DNA of 61,810 nucleotides, filler included, from Globobulimina sp. (Eukaryota), in assembly GCA_003354225.1 (NCBI GenBank). It is 7 parts of 7 records of this genome, joined end to end, with 100 filler letters (N's around TTAATTAATTAA, not from the genome) between each part and the next. Parts side by side here need not be neighbours in the genome. Positions count along the whole stretch, not along the records: positions 1 to 8,760 come from PIVH01000061.1; positions 8,861 to 17,618 come from PIVH01000062.1; 5 more parts are not named here. The stretch is one strand, 5' to 3'. Position numbers and translations under genes: made by a program. The notes beneath the pieces were generated by a model. It was not told the DNA's origin. It did not search any database and saw only the letters and a list, made by a program, of their open reading frames with translations. Of this stretch, positions 1-11,424 are shown one piece after another (position 1 is the first letter of the stretch; every line of letters begins with the position of its first letter).

Positions 1-374
1 CCGATGGCAGCTGAAAATATTGACGCAGAAAACATGCCATGTATTATTGCGCCATCAAAGCCTTGCGCTTTGGCCATTGTGTCGTCATTGACATCATGCA
101 ATGGATTCCTGTTCATAGTCAATTTACCAAATGTTGTCACATCCGCAGTACTGAATGTTTTACGATATGTTGTATAATCACCAACCAATAATTTTACATT
201 TCCATTCGAAGCACGTTGTTCGTATCGTTGTGCAAATGATAATCCTGTTGCTGTTGGATCTATTTCTTGTGCAGTTATTACTGCAGTGGAATTGGAAAAT
301 AATCTGTTATGAAACTTGTGTAGCCCTAATAATCTGTTATGACTGTATAACGTCAGTAGTTTTAAGGCTGCCAT
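1..374 (-). CDS. MaoC-like hot-dog-fold dehydratase (HTD2-like) with a probable mitochondrial presequence; 3' end runs off the window
   Basis: Manual translation from ATG 374 (not in the ORF track): MAALKLLTLYSHNRLL...LLVGDYTTYRKTFSTADVTTFGKLTMNRNPLHDVNDDTMAKAQGFDGAIIHGMFSASIFSAAIG. It has the NPxH and HGM motifs of MaoC dehydratases. Confidence 0.75.
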   Translation of the reverse strand, partial: MAALKLLTLYSHNRLLGLHKFHNRLFSNSTAVITAQEIDPTATGLSFAQRYEQRASNGNVKLLVGDYTTYRKTFSTADVTTFGKLTMNRNPLHDVNDDTMAKAQGFDGAIIHGMFSASIFSAAI

Positions 375-459
375 GTTTGAGGTTTCTGGCAACAAGAATC
401 TATTTTGTAACAGAAAAATACACATTTCAAAAACTGTTTAGTTGAGAGTCAATGAGAGA

Positions 460-1968
460 ATGGGTGCCGATTCTGACAGATTATGGCATAGACAATTAGG
501 CGTAATAATCTTTACATATTTAGCATATTCAGGATTGAATGCATGTCGTAAAGGATTTGCCTACGCAAAAGACGGCATGCAGCATGAATGGAATATGGAT
601 GAATATTGGCAAGGCGCGTTTGATGGCACATTAATGTTTTCCTATGCCATTGGCTTATATGCCTCTGGCCGTATTGCCGACAAATTCAACGTGTCCTATT
701 GTTTGGGTTGGGGACTATTTTGGACCGGATTTTTAAATGTATTTTTCAGTTTAAGTTATCCATATTTTAACATGGAAATAGCAGACAATGGTTTTTATTA
801 TTTACTACTTTGGATTTTCAATGGTTTCGCGCAAGCGATCTGTTGGCCGACTTCCGTCAAATTAATTGGAAATTGGATCTCATTGAACCCCGCCGCAATG
901 ATGAAAACCTACAGCAAATCTGGTTTAATTTTTGGTTTATGGAGCTCGTGTCAGTCATTTGGCAATATTTTGGGAGCTCTGGCAGTGACCTTTACATTAG
1001 CAAATAACTTAGATATACAATTTTCTTTCTTCCTGACTGGATTTTACACCTTGTTTATGGGCATAGCAATATTATTGTTGATCCCCTCCGAGCCGGATAT
1101 TGCGTTAATTCACGCGGCGGCGGCGGATGGTGCACAGGACGCAAATCCAAGCAATCAGTTGACGCAGTTGAGCACATTGAGCAAAGCAGGCGGATATTCT
1201 CAGCAAGAGCCAGAAGAGAAAGATGAATTTGACGAAGACGAAAATGAAAATGAATTCCATCAGTTATCATATATGCAAATTATATTATTGCCGGGTGTGT
1301 TGACATACATGTTATCGTTTTCGTGCCTAAAAGCATTGAATTACACATTATTTTTTTGGTTGCCACTATATTTGGACGATATGGTGAACTCTCACATTGT
1401 GGCGGATAATGTGGCGATGACCTTTGATATTGGCCAAATAATTGGCGGTGTCACTGTCGGTTTATTGTCTGATAAGATCTCGCGCCGTTCGCCAGTTCTA
1501 TTTATTTCTATGTGCATTGCCACCATTCCTGTGTTCTTATTTAGTATGGATTCGAATAAAGTGTTTGTTTTGTTTTGTTTATGTTTTACATCTGGTTTAT
1601 TCATCGGTGGTCCGTACAATTTGATACCTTCTGCGATAGCGCAGGATTTGAGTCAGGTGTCGCAATTAAAAGGTAATAAGTCGGCGATTGCCACCATTGC
1701 GGGGGTTATAAATGGAACGGGATCGTTTGCGGCTGCGTTGTTGCAATATTTAGTGCCTGTGATTTTAGAGGGAAAGCAAACGGATCAATCATGGACTTCA
1801 TTATTCATCGTGTTAGGATTTATTTCGTTGTTTGGTGCTGCGGCGTTAATCAAATTGGTGATAAAAGATATACGATTTATAAAATCATATCCTATTAATT
1901 TGAAACAAAGAATAACTCGAATACGGTCTTTTAGTATCTCAAATTTCCGCTTATTTCGTCAACAATAA
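460..1968 (+). CDS. MFS sugar-phosphate/G3P exchanger (SLC37A/OPA family)
   Basis: About 12 hydrophobic segments. Motifs YAIGLYASGRIADK, GNW...GLIFGLWSSCQSFGNILG, YTLFFWLPLYL, GPYNLI..AIAQDL, IAGVINGTGSFAA. First ATG is at 460. Confidence 0.9.
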   Translation: MGADSDRLWHRQLGVIIFTYLAYSGLNACRKGFAYAKDGMQHEWNMDEYWQGAFDGTLMFSYAIGLYASGRIADKFNVSYCLGWGLFWTGFLNVFFSLSYPYFNMEIADNGFYYLLLWIFNGFAQAICWPTSVKLIGNWISLNPAAMMKTYSKSGLIFGLWSSCQSFGNILGALAVTFTLANNLDIQFSFFLTGFYTLFMGIAILLLIPSEPDIALIHAAAADGAQDANPSNQLTQLSTLSKAGGYSQQEPEEKDEFDEDENENEFHQLSYMQIILLPGVLTYMLSFSCLKALNYTLFFWLPLYLDDMVNSHIVADNVAMTFDIGQIIGGVTVGLLSDKISRRSPVLFISMCIATIPVFLFSMDSNKVFVLFCLCFTSGLFIGGPYNLIPSAIAQDLSQVSQLKGNKSAIATIAGVINGTGSFAAALLQYLVPVILEGKQTDQSWTSLFIVLGFISLFGAAALIKLVIKDIRFIKSYPINLKQRITRIRSFSISNFRLFRQQ

Positions 1969-2198
1969 CATATAAATACTAGTGCTTACAATAATTTATA
2001 AATATATATGTATTATACTGTTAGACGCTTGACAATTGACATATGTTCAGTTGATAACTTGATATCCAACACCGTAAATTGTCGGATTTATACTGTCAAA
2101 AATGTTTCATTTTCTACTAAGTTGTCTCAACTTTTTTTTCTTTACTCACATCTTTTTACCATTACCTCCTCCTTCACAAGCCAACTCCGGAAATAACA

Positions 2199-3024
2199 AT
2201 GTCTGATCCAAAGACTATGTACGATAATGGAGTTGATTTAGATTCAATATTGCTACCACCCTTAAAAAAGCATGCCATAAAATATACATTTAAAGGATGG
2301 AAATCTTTGGCATTATTACATTCTTGGGATGATTTAAAAATTTTTAACACTGATTTTGATGCGATGTATAAATATGAAAAATTTAAAATAGACTATAAAT
2401 ATATCATTAAAAATGAGAAAAAATTACTTCAGAAAATCGATGATTATAAAATCGCAAAAGCTAAATCCATTAAAAAAAAATCATCGAAAATATCGCTTAA
2501 AAAATCAAAAACTGCAAAAAAAACATCAAAATCAATCAAAACACCAAAGATAAATAAAAAACCGGTAAATAATAAAATGAATTCTCATAATCATTTGGAT
2601 TACAATCAACAATTTATGCCTAATATGAACAACATAAATAATGCAAATGCAAATGCTGTATATTATAATCATAACAATTATTATGCCCCGGTGCCATATC
2701 ATAATCATAGTTATCCGTATAATTACAATCCGTATCTTAACCAAACCATAGCACCGCAAATGCCATTAATTTATTATAATAAACACAACGAATACGCTTA
2801 TTATAATAATCATAATCATATCGAATACGAATACGGTGAAATTACAGAAATGATTGAGGTCGAAGGTAGTCCGCCAAGTGATGGTAATATCGCGAGTTTA
2901 TCGGACAGCAATAATTCATGTACGTATACGTTGTACCTTAAATTTCTATATTTCTATTATATTTAAACCACTCTCTTTTTCATGATCAGGTTCAACGATA
3001 ATATCAAATGATAAATTATTTTAA
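2199..3024 (+). CDS. Hypothetical protein with Lys-rich then Asn/Tyr/His-rich low-complexity regions
   Basis: 255-aa ORF. A probable GT-AG intron at 2920-2989 gives the C-terminus CSTIISNDKLF*. Confidence 0.5.
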
Positions 3025-3896
3025 ATTAAACTCACTGATTTAAATCAGAAATAATATATTTTTTGTGATCGTTAATAATAGCGATTAGCATGTATTATTT
3101 TGATATATTTAATAAAAAAAAAAGAAAAAAAAAAATATCTTCCATCTTTTGTATCCTTTTATACTTTTTTTGATATCGATGCGATTATAAATATATTTAA
3201 ACGAAGAAATATAAAAAAAATAAAAAAACGCTTATGTTCATTGAAGAAAATGAAAAAAAGATAACAATTCTTCGTAAAAGTCGTTGTAAATTACCTAATG
3301 TATGCATTGTTATTTTGTGATGAACTCAAAAGAATTTTTGTTTTTTTGCTTTTTAATTTGTGTATTTTTGTTTTTGTTTTGGGCTTTTTTTTTGGGCTTT
3401 TTTGCTTATGCTGTTTTTTTGTGTCTGCGTATGTTGTCAGTGTTTGTTACGACGAGTTTTATTTTTTGTTATTTTTTTTTATTTATTTTTGATTGCAATA
3501 AATAATTTTAAAAATACGTTGTGCGTTACGCACATTCTCCAAGTGTTGAATCGTTTGTTTAATTTTAATTTTCTGAGTCCATCCCGTGCCGATTGGTCAT
3601 TATCGGAAAAAATTAAGATGTGCTTACGTCTCGTTTTGAAGGTTAGAAAAAAATTTAATATGTGGCTCGGAATATATTCTAATTATTGTTTCAATCCGCG
3701 ACAAATAAAAGGAAATTTATTCAAACGAAATCAAATAGTCAATAGATTCGTATTTGTTGTCTCCAAAAAAACACAAAATAAGGAGTTTGGGGAATAAAAA
3801 CAAACGTATTCCAAACAACAAAACAAATCTACATAAACAATAAAAACAATATCTGAAAAATGTGAAAAGATGCAAAATATATATAATATATATGAG

Positions 3897-4943
3897 TCAA
3901 TCGAGTATATCAACAATTTCACAGTTCTTGGGTTCATGTGAAGGATATAACAAATCAAATACTTCATCTTCTGGTGATTTAATAGAATGAGTTGCGAGCT
4001 CAACCACATGATTTGATTCATGATCAATATTTTCATTAATTTTTGATTTATTTATATTGAGTATGTTCCTACAAAAACACATTCGTATTTTATATGAAAA
4101 CACAATGCAAATACAGTTAATAATTAGATCAATGTTTAAAAAATACTCTGTCGATATGCCAAAAATAAATCCAATGCATATTGTTAACGACGTGGTGGAA
4201 GCAATAATTCCCAGAAATATGTTTTTTTTAATGAATGAATTAATTATTTCATTTTGCGATGTTAATTGGCGTAATTTGTGAATGAAAATGGCAAAAAAAC
4301 TAAAATGCATAAAACTATCAATCAGAGTACTTATAAAATAGTAAATAATCGTTGCATTAATATTTGTACTCCGAAATATTTCATTTACACACATTTTAAT
4401 CATCGTATCATAGACAGCAACGTCGGTCGTCTGCAGTATTTGAGAGCCAATAATTTTATAGAACACATTTAGATGAATTACTGTCAAATAAAAGCAGTAT
4501 GTCATAGTATTTAGCCGCATAGACATGGGGTTGTTGAATGTAACCCGAATCCTACAAAGCATGAACAGAAAATAAAAATACATTCCCAATGCATATAAAA
4601 TAATATAGAGTCGCCATGTCAGATAGCATGAAGTATTGGTCATTTGTATGTTAAACCTTTCTGGATATGTTAGCAACAGCGCCATAGCAATAAATTCAAG
4701 CAAAATTGCAGAAACACTTAAATATGTAAACAATAATAATACTAATCCTTTGAGCAATCCTTTGGTTTCTTCGCCGCCATTATTCTCAGTTTGCAATTTA
4801 TCGACACGCCGGCTTTGTCGATATCTTTTATGCAATCTATTCCATATTGGCTTCAATAAAATTAATAAAAATACGTTCAGCAGTATCCCTACAGACGCTG
4901 AATAAAAACGGATATGCCTACCAATTTGTGGCGAAAACGACAT
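3897..4943 (-). CDS. Seven-transmembrane GPCR-like membrane protein
   Basis: 348 aa with about 7 hydrophobic helices, Cys at the top of TM3 and in ECL2, R-I-R-V-T-F after TM3, and DLIINCICIVFSY in TM7. Confidence 0.65.
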   Translation of the reverse strand: MSFSPQIGRHIRFYSASVGILLNVFLLILLKPIWNRLHKRYRQSRRVDKLQTENNGGEETKGLLKGLVLLLFTYLSVSAILLEFIAMALLLTYPERFNIQMTNTSCYLTWRLYIILYALGMYFYFLFMLCRIRVTFNNPMSMRLNTMTYCFYLTVIHLNVFYKIIGSQILQTTDVAVYDTMIKMCVNEIFRSTNINATIIYYFISTLIDSFMHFSFFAIFIHKLRQLTSQNEIINSFIKKNIFLGIIASTTSLTICIGFIFGISTEYFLNIDLIINCICIVFSYKIRMCFCRNILNINKSKINENIDHESNHVVELATHSIKSPEDEVFDLLYPSHEPKNCEIVDILD

Positions 4944-7407
4944 TAATCATTTTTTGGCAGTATGTTTTTCTCAAATTTATTCTATATCCATAACCATCCA
5001 ACTCTTTATCTTTTAGTTCCCATCCTTTCATTTTTAACTGTTCCTTTAATTTCCAATCTAAATCTTTCAATTTGACAAACATTTTCTCAGTTCTTTTATT
5101 TTTACTTTGCTTTCTTTTATTTATTTGATTCTCCGAAGAAGACGAATAATAATCAAAATAAACAAATTTCAATAGCATAAATTCTTTATTTCTTGTTTCA
5201 TTCAACCAGACCAAAAAGCGTTGAATATTATAATTATTAAATCTATACTTATTGAACAATGACAAGCCTTTCATATTTGGATAAATCCTGTCGATTTTAA
5301 AGAAATCAACGTTCCAAATATCGCCACCTGACATTATATCCTTTTCCTTATCATTCCGCAACATTAAACTCCTTAAACCCGGACTTATATCATCCAGAAT
5401 TACATGAAAATGATGGCTCGGTTTCAACATTATCTCGCTCATTTTTAGCAGAAACATTTCCTTACATTTTATCCCGTATTTCCTGTTTTCTTTTGTCGAT
5501 TTCAAAGCATTCTCGACTTTATTCAAATCATTCTCCATTTCATCCTCTCTGTACTCAATAGCTAATGTCAACAATTCGACATACACTTTCTCCAAAAACC
5601 TGTCCATTGAATAGATGCCTTCTAAAAACAACCGCATTGCAAAAAAATATAAACGGATTAAGTGAGCATTTTGTTTCTCAAAAACAGCAATATCGCTGTC
5701 CGGCATTATAATCGGTGTCTTGCTGAATATTTTCCTCACTCTCACATACATAAAACCAACTAAACGCTCAGACTCTTCTGGATAGTCACTGAGCTGCGAG
5801 GCGTCGAAGGCGTAACAAAGTGGCAACTGCGGATACTGCGAATTCATCTCAATGATCATTCCTTTGTCCGTTGCAAAGGTCGACGCCACGTGGTACGATG
5901 CGGTGGCACTAACAATTGAGAAACAAAAACAACATAACTTCCTATTTGCAAATTAATAGCAAATATGTATAATAGTAATATACCTCAATGGCCCCCATAA
6001 ACGTGACAAAATATTATGTCTTTGGATGATCATCAAAGGGTTGACGCCATGATAAAACCGCTTATAACCGATGGAAACAGAGAATTTCTTAATGGTCACA
6101 GTCAGACACTGCCTCCAATTCGAATACGATGACAACCTTCGTCTCATCGCTAATAATGTATCATCATCGTATTGGTAAACATAGTTCGTGATAATTCTGA
6201 AACATTTCTTTAATGCATGCTGCAGTTTATCAAAATCTGTATACAGTTTGATTGCGATGATCTCTTTCAGCGAAATAGTTTCGTTTTTCTCCCATTTCGC
6301 ATGCCTTATCTGCTCCAAATCTGAGGCATAGCCATGTTTCTCTTCGTTATGAGTCCGAATCGATTGCCCAATCCATGATCGCTTGATTTTTTTCGATTTC
6401 CGCAGCGTGTCATTCCAATCGTAGATAGTGATGATCTTAAATGGACAATGCAACACTTCATCCTTTATGTTGTCATACCTCGCTGTCACATTATACAAAT
6501 TCTTGACACCCTCCACAGATTTGATCCTCTGCCACACAAATTGTCCCATTTTCTTCTCCAATTTGATATACAACTCATTGCAAGTTTTGCTGTCACGAAC
6601 AATGCATTGCATTGTCAGTCTATCCTTGCCGCGAAATGTATTAATATCATCCTCGGCAATTTTATCATTCTCAATGTTTGCTACATTGTACGTGGCGATA
6701 TGTTTGCTTCTGATTCGAGTCATGATGGCGTATGATTTTAGCCTTAATTCCCATTCATTTTGTAATTGCAGTACCTCTCCGTCGCTGTGCACATTGAATG
6801 CATCTTTATATTCATCAGCAGATAGCACATCATCTGAACATATTGGATTCGCATATTTGAGTACACCGTGCAAAAAGTAAACATGTATTCTATCCAACTC
6901 GAGCTCCAATTCTTTCTCTGTTGAACATTCATCAGTGTTGCTCTTGTAATACAGCAGCAAATTTTCAACAGTCTTAGACTTATCTCGATGGTGTCTCTGA
7001 AAAGCAGGACATTGGTCGTTGCCGCAAACACGGTCAATACCGCACTTTCTAAGTATCATATTTTCAACATACGGAAATACGTTGTTTTGGGCGCTGTTGT
7101 TGTCTGTATGGAATCTTTGAATGTGCTGGAAATCAGCCAATATTGCCTCGTATTCGTATATTTTATAGGTGACAAAATGTGAAACAGGTTGTTTCATCCA
7201 ATACAGTGAGCAAATATAACTCTGATAACTGCACAGAATGATGATTAGTCTGCCAACACAGGGACAGAATTTGTAATCGTTGCAATCAAAGTTAACACAT
7301 TCTTCTTTAAGCCGTTGCTTGTGTTGTTGCAGCGCTATTGCGTCATTGTGGAGTATAGGAAATATTTTATCGAATTCTGCATCTTTTGTTTGGATTATAT
7401 CTGTCAT
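4918..7407 (-). CDS. ADP-ribosyltransferase-like (ART-fold) domain protein, 2 exons
   Basis: ORFs 5953-7584 and 4918-5889 join through GT-AG intron 5983-5909, giving KLYTD...FYHG...GPLSATASYHVASTFA.DKGMIIEM...SDYPEESERL. The start could be further upstream (7584). Confidence 0.65.
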
Positions 7408-8029
7408 TTGTTGCTGTTTAGTTGTTGCTATTGGTGCTGGTCGAAGGGAGTAATCAGTGTCGCTTTGTCTGTGGTTCTGTAGTGAAGATATGGCATAATA
7501 TATGTTTGTGCAAAATAATACACTATCAATCCTAAACGTTGTTATCCTGATGTTGCTGACCATGGTGTTCTTTGAATTCATCATTAGCGTTTATAATTAG
7601 GTGGTGGCCAATTTGCAGATGTTGATTGTTTTGTTGTTTATTGGACATTTAAAATGAATGAAAAAATGTATTATAAATGGTGTTGTTGTTGGCAAATATT
7701 CAATATAGTCACAAGATACTTACTCTTGAAAGGTTTTCACAGAGCTAGGTTTTGCAGTAAATTTCAAACAACACATTCAACACATTATGGTTTGTCACTT
7801 TGTCTATTTCTTTTGTAAAATCACACCAATGCCATGGTACATATATACAGTGATATTGATATTGATATGAATAAAAGTGTGGAATGAGTGAGTTCATCAA
7901 TTAAAAAAAACAAATACGAAAAAACATAATAAATAGAAATAAATAAATTAATAACAAGAATATAAATCAACAAAATAAAAAAGTCAGACCCTAACTCATC
8001 ACATTAATTAAAAAAAAATAAGTACGAAA

Positions 8030-8760
8030 AAACATAATAAATAAATAAATACATAATTTGGTTCATTTTTTTGTTGTATACCAAAGGCAAACCAAAATAA
8101 CGTTAAATACAACAATAACACAGAATAATACCCCGACATTCATCACAGTAAAAGCACTAAATTGCAAAACCACTCTCTTTGTCTTTGATGCCATATTCAT
8201 TTCGGTATCATCAAATTCCTCGTTTTCAAATAACGCATACTCGCCACTGTCTGAACTACTTTTTTGTTTTTTCTTTTTTTTCTTTTTCTTTCTCTTTTTT
8301 CTATCATCAGAATCCTCCGAATTGCTACCACTCCTTAACGCAAATAAAACATTCCATTAATAATTACAGCAAATATAAATATAAAAACGGAGGCAAAGGA
8401 AACATACATTTTACTGTCGGAAGACTCCGAAGACTCTGAAGACTCTGAAGACGTCGTAGGCGCAGAGGAAGGCGCAGAGGAAGGCGCAGCTGTACACGAA
8501 TTATCTCCAATTACATTCATCTGGAAAAATCCGGTGGCGATACCTTCGGGGCGGCCAGGTGCTGCATTACCATCCACTTGAATGTAATACTCCACACATT
8601 GGCTTACGTTATTACTGGTATTAAACGGCAATATATGTGCAGCCACAGTGTCGTTACTGTTGTCGTTTGCTTTCACCAACGTAAATGTGCTAAAATCACC
8701 ACAATCGGTGGCAGTATAAACAGCCAATTGAGTATTGATACAAACACCGGCATAACACAC
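8030..8760 (-). CDS. 3' part of a surface/single-pass membrane protein with PSSA and SES repeats
   Basis: Truncated at the contig edge. APSSAPSSAPT and SESSESSES repeats, then a probable intron (~8410-8335) to an exon with a poly-Lys tract and a TM helix (VGVLFCVIVVFNVILVCLW). End coordinate is approximate. Confidence 0.45.
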
Positions 8761-8860
8761 NNNNNNNNNNNNNNNNNNNNNNNNNNNNNNNNNNNNNNNN
8801 NNNNTTAATTAATTAANNNNNNNNNNNNNNNNNNNNNNNNNNNNNNNNNNNNNNNNNNNN
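8761..8860. other. Artificial contig spacer
   Basis: N44-TTAATTAATTAA-N44 (stops in all six frames). Confidence 0.98.
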
Positions 8861-8875
8861 GTACATGAACATTTT

Positions 8876-9057
8876 CTTATAAATGGACGCCCGTAAATGG
8901 CGAAATCGCTATATTTATAAGCTGTATAAATGGCATATAAATGACAAAAACATATTTATATAGCTATTTATAAGATTAGATTTCAATCAATATAAATAGC
9001 ATATAAATATGTTTTTTTGGATTGTCATTTATAAAGGTATTTATATAGCCATTTATA
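8876..9057. repeat. Nested imperfect inverted repeats (foldback) made of TATAAAT/ATTTATA units
   Basis: 8925 tataaatggc-atataaatgac-aaaaacatatttata-tagctatttata pairs with tataaatagc-atataaatatgttttt...gtcatttata...gccatttata 9057. A smaller stem cttataaat...atttataag (8876-8921) encloses GCGA-AA-TCGC. Confidence 0.8.
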
Positions 9058-9145
9058 TGAAATGTTTATAAATATGTTTTGAAAAAATAACATTTTTAAA
9101 AAAAATAATAAAAATTTACTAAACAAAGCAAACACAAAGCACTAA

Positions 9146-9921
9146 TTAGTTTTTTCTCCGTTTTGTTTGAGGTGGTGGATAAATATTAAATCTCCATGAA
9201 TTTCCCTCAAATGTTACGAATTTATAAGGTTTCCTTTTATTATTTCTATGTTTTCCAGATGCTAAGTTATATATTATTTATATTATATTTATATTATATT
9301 TATATTATATTTATATCTTATTTATATCGTATTTATATAATACCTTTTTTTGATTTCAAGTTTGGATGTCCTTTTTCAATCGATGCAGGTAATTGTGGTT
9401 TGGGTTCTATATATGAAGTGCAAGGATAATTCAGCGAATATGCGTAGATATTAACTGGTATGCACTAATTTGCGTTTATATGAACTTTTGATTTGTGTCG
9501 TTTTGATTGGTATCTGTAACATTGGCTTATTTTTAAAATAAATTAAATAACTTTTTAAAAGACTATCTTGCTGATTATACCATTTACTTAATATACGATT
9601 GAATTCAGTTAGAGCCGTATTCCCATTACATAATAAATTATGCAATTGTGGGGCTCTTTTAAGTAATTTACGCATTTCATAAGATTGATAAAAATGTTCT
9701 GGTTTACCACCGCCAATAAATAATTCTGAAACATATAATAATTTTTTTAAATAAGATAGTTTCCATAAATTGCAAGTGTTTAAATCTACAGCGACATCTT
9801 TACAAAAAATAGATTCTTTCAATTTTAAATTCAATGTTGATAATAAATATTCATTTTGATGTATACCAAAATTGATAATATCACTACCTGCAATATCTAG
9901 TGAAAGTCGACCTGTACTCAT
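9146..9921 (-). CDS. TGRxSLD-domain protein A (element accessory gene; frame break near 9455)
   Basis: N-terminus MSTGRLSLD. Downstream exons ~9454-9344 (..HPNLKSKK) and 9261-9146 flank intron 9343-9262, whose junctions match an intron of paralog B. The link between the 156-aa ORF and these exons needs an unusual intron or a frameshift. Confidence 0.6.
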
Positions 9922-10013
9922 GGTTAAATAAATTATGAAGTAAGTATTTAAAAAACTCTAAAGTCTGAATTGAAATCAAGAGCGTTAACTAAAAATATTA
10001 ATCCAATAAACTA

Positions 10014-11317
10014 TCATTTATCCTCATCTTCATCCAAACTATATCTTTTTGCATCATCATGAAATATATTATTTAAACATTCATCTAAACCTGAAACTGA
10101 CAAAGTTTCAAGTGTTGCCTCCTTCAAAATCAATCCCCATGTCGCTTTCATAAAATTCCGTTGCAAAGACGTATTTCTTGAATCCGTTCCCATAATCCGC
10201 ATCCGATCATGACGATGCCATGGCGCTGGCGGCCGCGCTGCTAAGTTATATATTATTTATATTAAATTTATATTTTAATTATATATTATTTATATGATAC
10301 TTATATAATACCTTTTTCTGATTCCAAGTTTCGAAATGATTTTTCAGTCCAATCAGCTGTATATATTTACATCACATTTATATACTCATTTAGATATATT
10401 TACATCACATTTATACACCATTTATATACCTCTAAATATTTTTGCATCAAAAAAATAGTCGACACTATTTATATATTATTTATATAATATTTATACATTA
10501 TATATAAAATATTTATAACATACATATTATTCGATATGTCATCATTTCCTTTCCTATTTATATATTAATTATATATCATTTATATAATATTTATATACTA
10601 TTTATGACATACTCATCAATCGGTGGCGAAAAATCAATACCATACCTGTTTATATGATATTTATATACTATTTATACACTATTTATATATTGTTTATAAA
10701 ATATATAGTGCATACGTGTCAAATCGTAGTGTTTTTAAATTTATGCCAGCAAAAATATCTTCTTTTTCTTTACGCTCTTTTTTAAACATACCAGCACGGA
10801 CACAGGCCTTTTCTTTTTCTTCTTCTTCTTGCGCTGTTTAAAAGCTATGATAGTGATGCGATTTTGCGCAAGCATATATATAAATTAATATACCATAACA
10901 CACGGATTTTGCGCAAGACACTGCACACGGATTATTCTGAATATAGATTTTATATATTTGTTTATGTAATATTTGATCAAGGCGCCAATTATCTGATATA
11001 TGCGCAAATTCTTTCGCAAATTCATCTTGGTTTTTATAAATTATTTCATACAATTCAAATGATCCCTCTTTTAACATTCGTAATGTAGAACTTTTATCAT
11101 ATGAAAAATGAATATCTTTTGTTAATTGATACATATATGCAAAATTCCATAAATCCGCTGTATAAAATTTAAATGCCACATCACACCCTGACAATAACTC
11201 AGATTGCTTATAGTTGTAATTTAATATTGATAATGTATACTCATTTTCGTCATGCAATATAAAATCAATAATCGTGCCGCCACCTTCGATATCTAACGAC
11301 AACCTTCCGGTGTTCAT
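10014..11317 (-). CDS. TGRxSLD-domain protein B, 7 exons, 303 aa
   Basis: Exons 11317-10894, 10833-10716, 10645-10613, 10553-10524, 10464-10430, 10356-10312 and 10240-10014. All introns are GT-AG and the frame stays open (912 nt). Confidence 0.75.
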
Positions 11318-11424
11318 GATTAAACTCTTTGACTGCTGACAGAGTGTGATGAAAATCAGAATTCTAAAAACCTCTTTAAATAAATTGTTTAAACACAAAA
11401 CAAAAAAAAAACAAAACTCACATT

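Noticed and set aside
3100-3800. Phe/Leu-rich ORFs at 3298-3797
   Set aside because: By-products of T-rich low-complexity UTR/intergenic sequence.
7895-8050. Short direct repeat aattaaaaaaaa..tacgaaaaaacataataaata
   Set aside because: A-rich ~35-bp local duplication in a 3' UTR/intergenic region, with no further structure.
10241-10715. Repeat blocks alternating with 30-45-nt unique segments as a CRISPR-like array
   Set aside because: The repeat blocks vary in length and sequence and are bounded by GT...AG. The unique segments splice into one open frame, and there are no cas genes.
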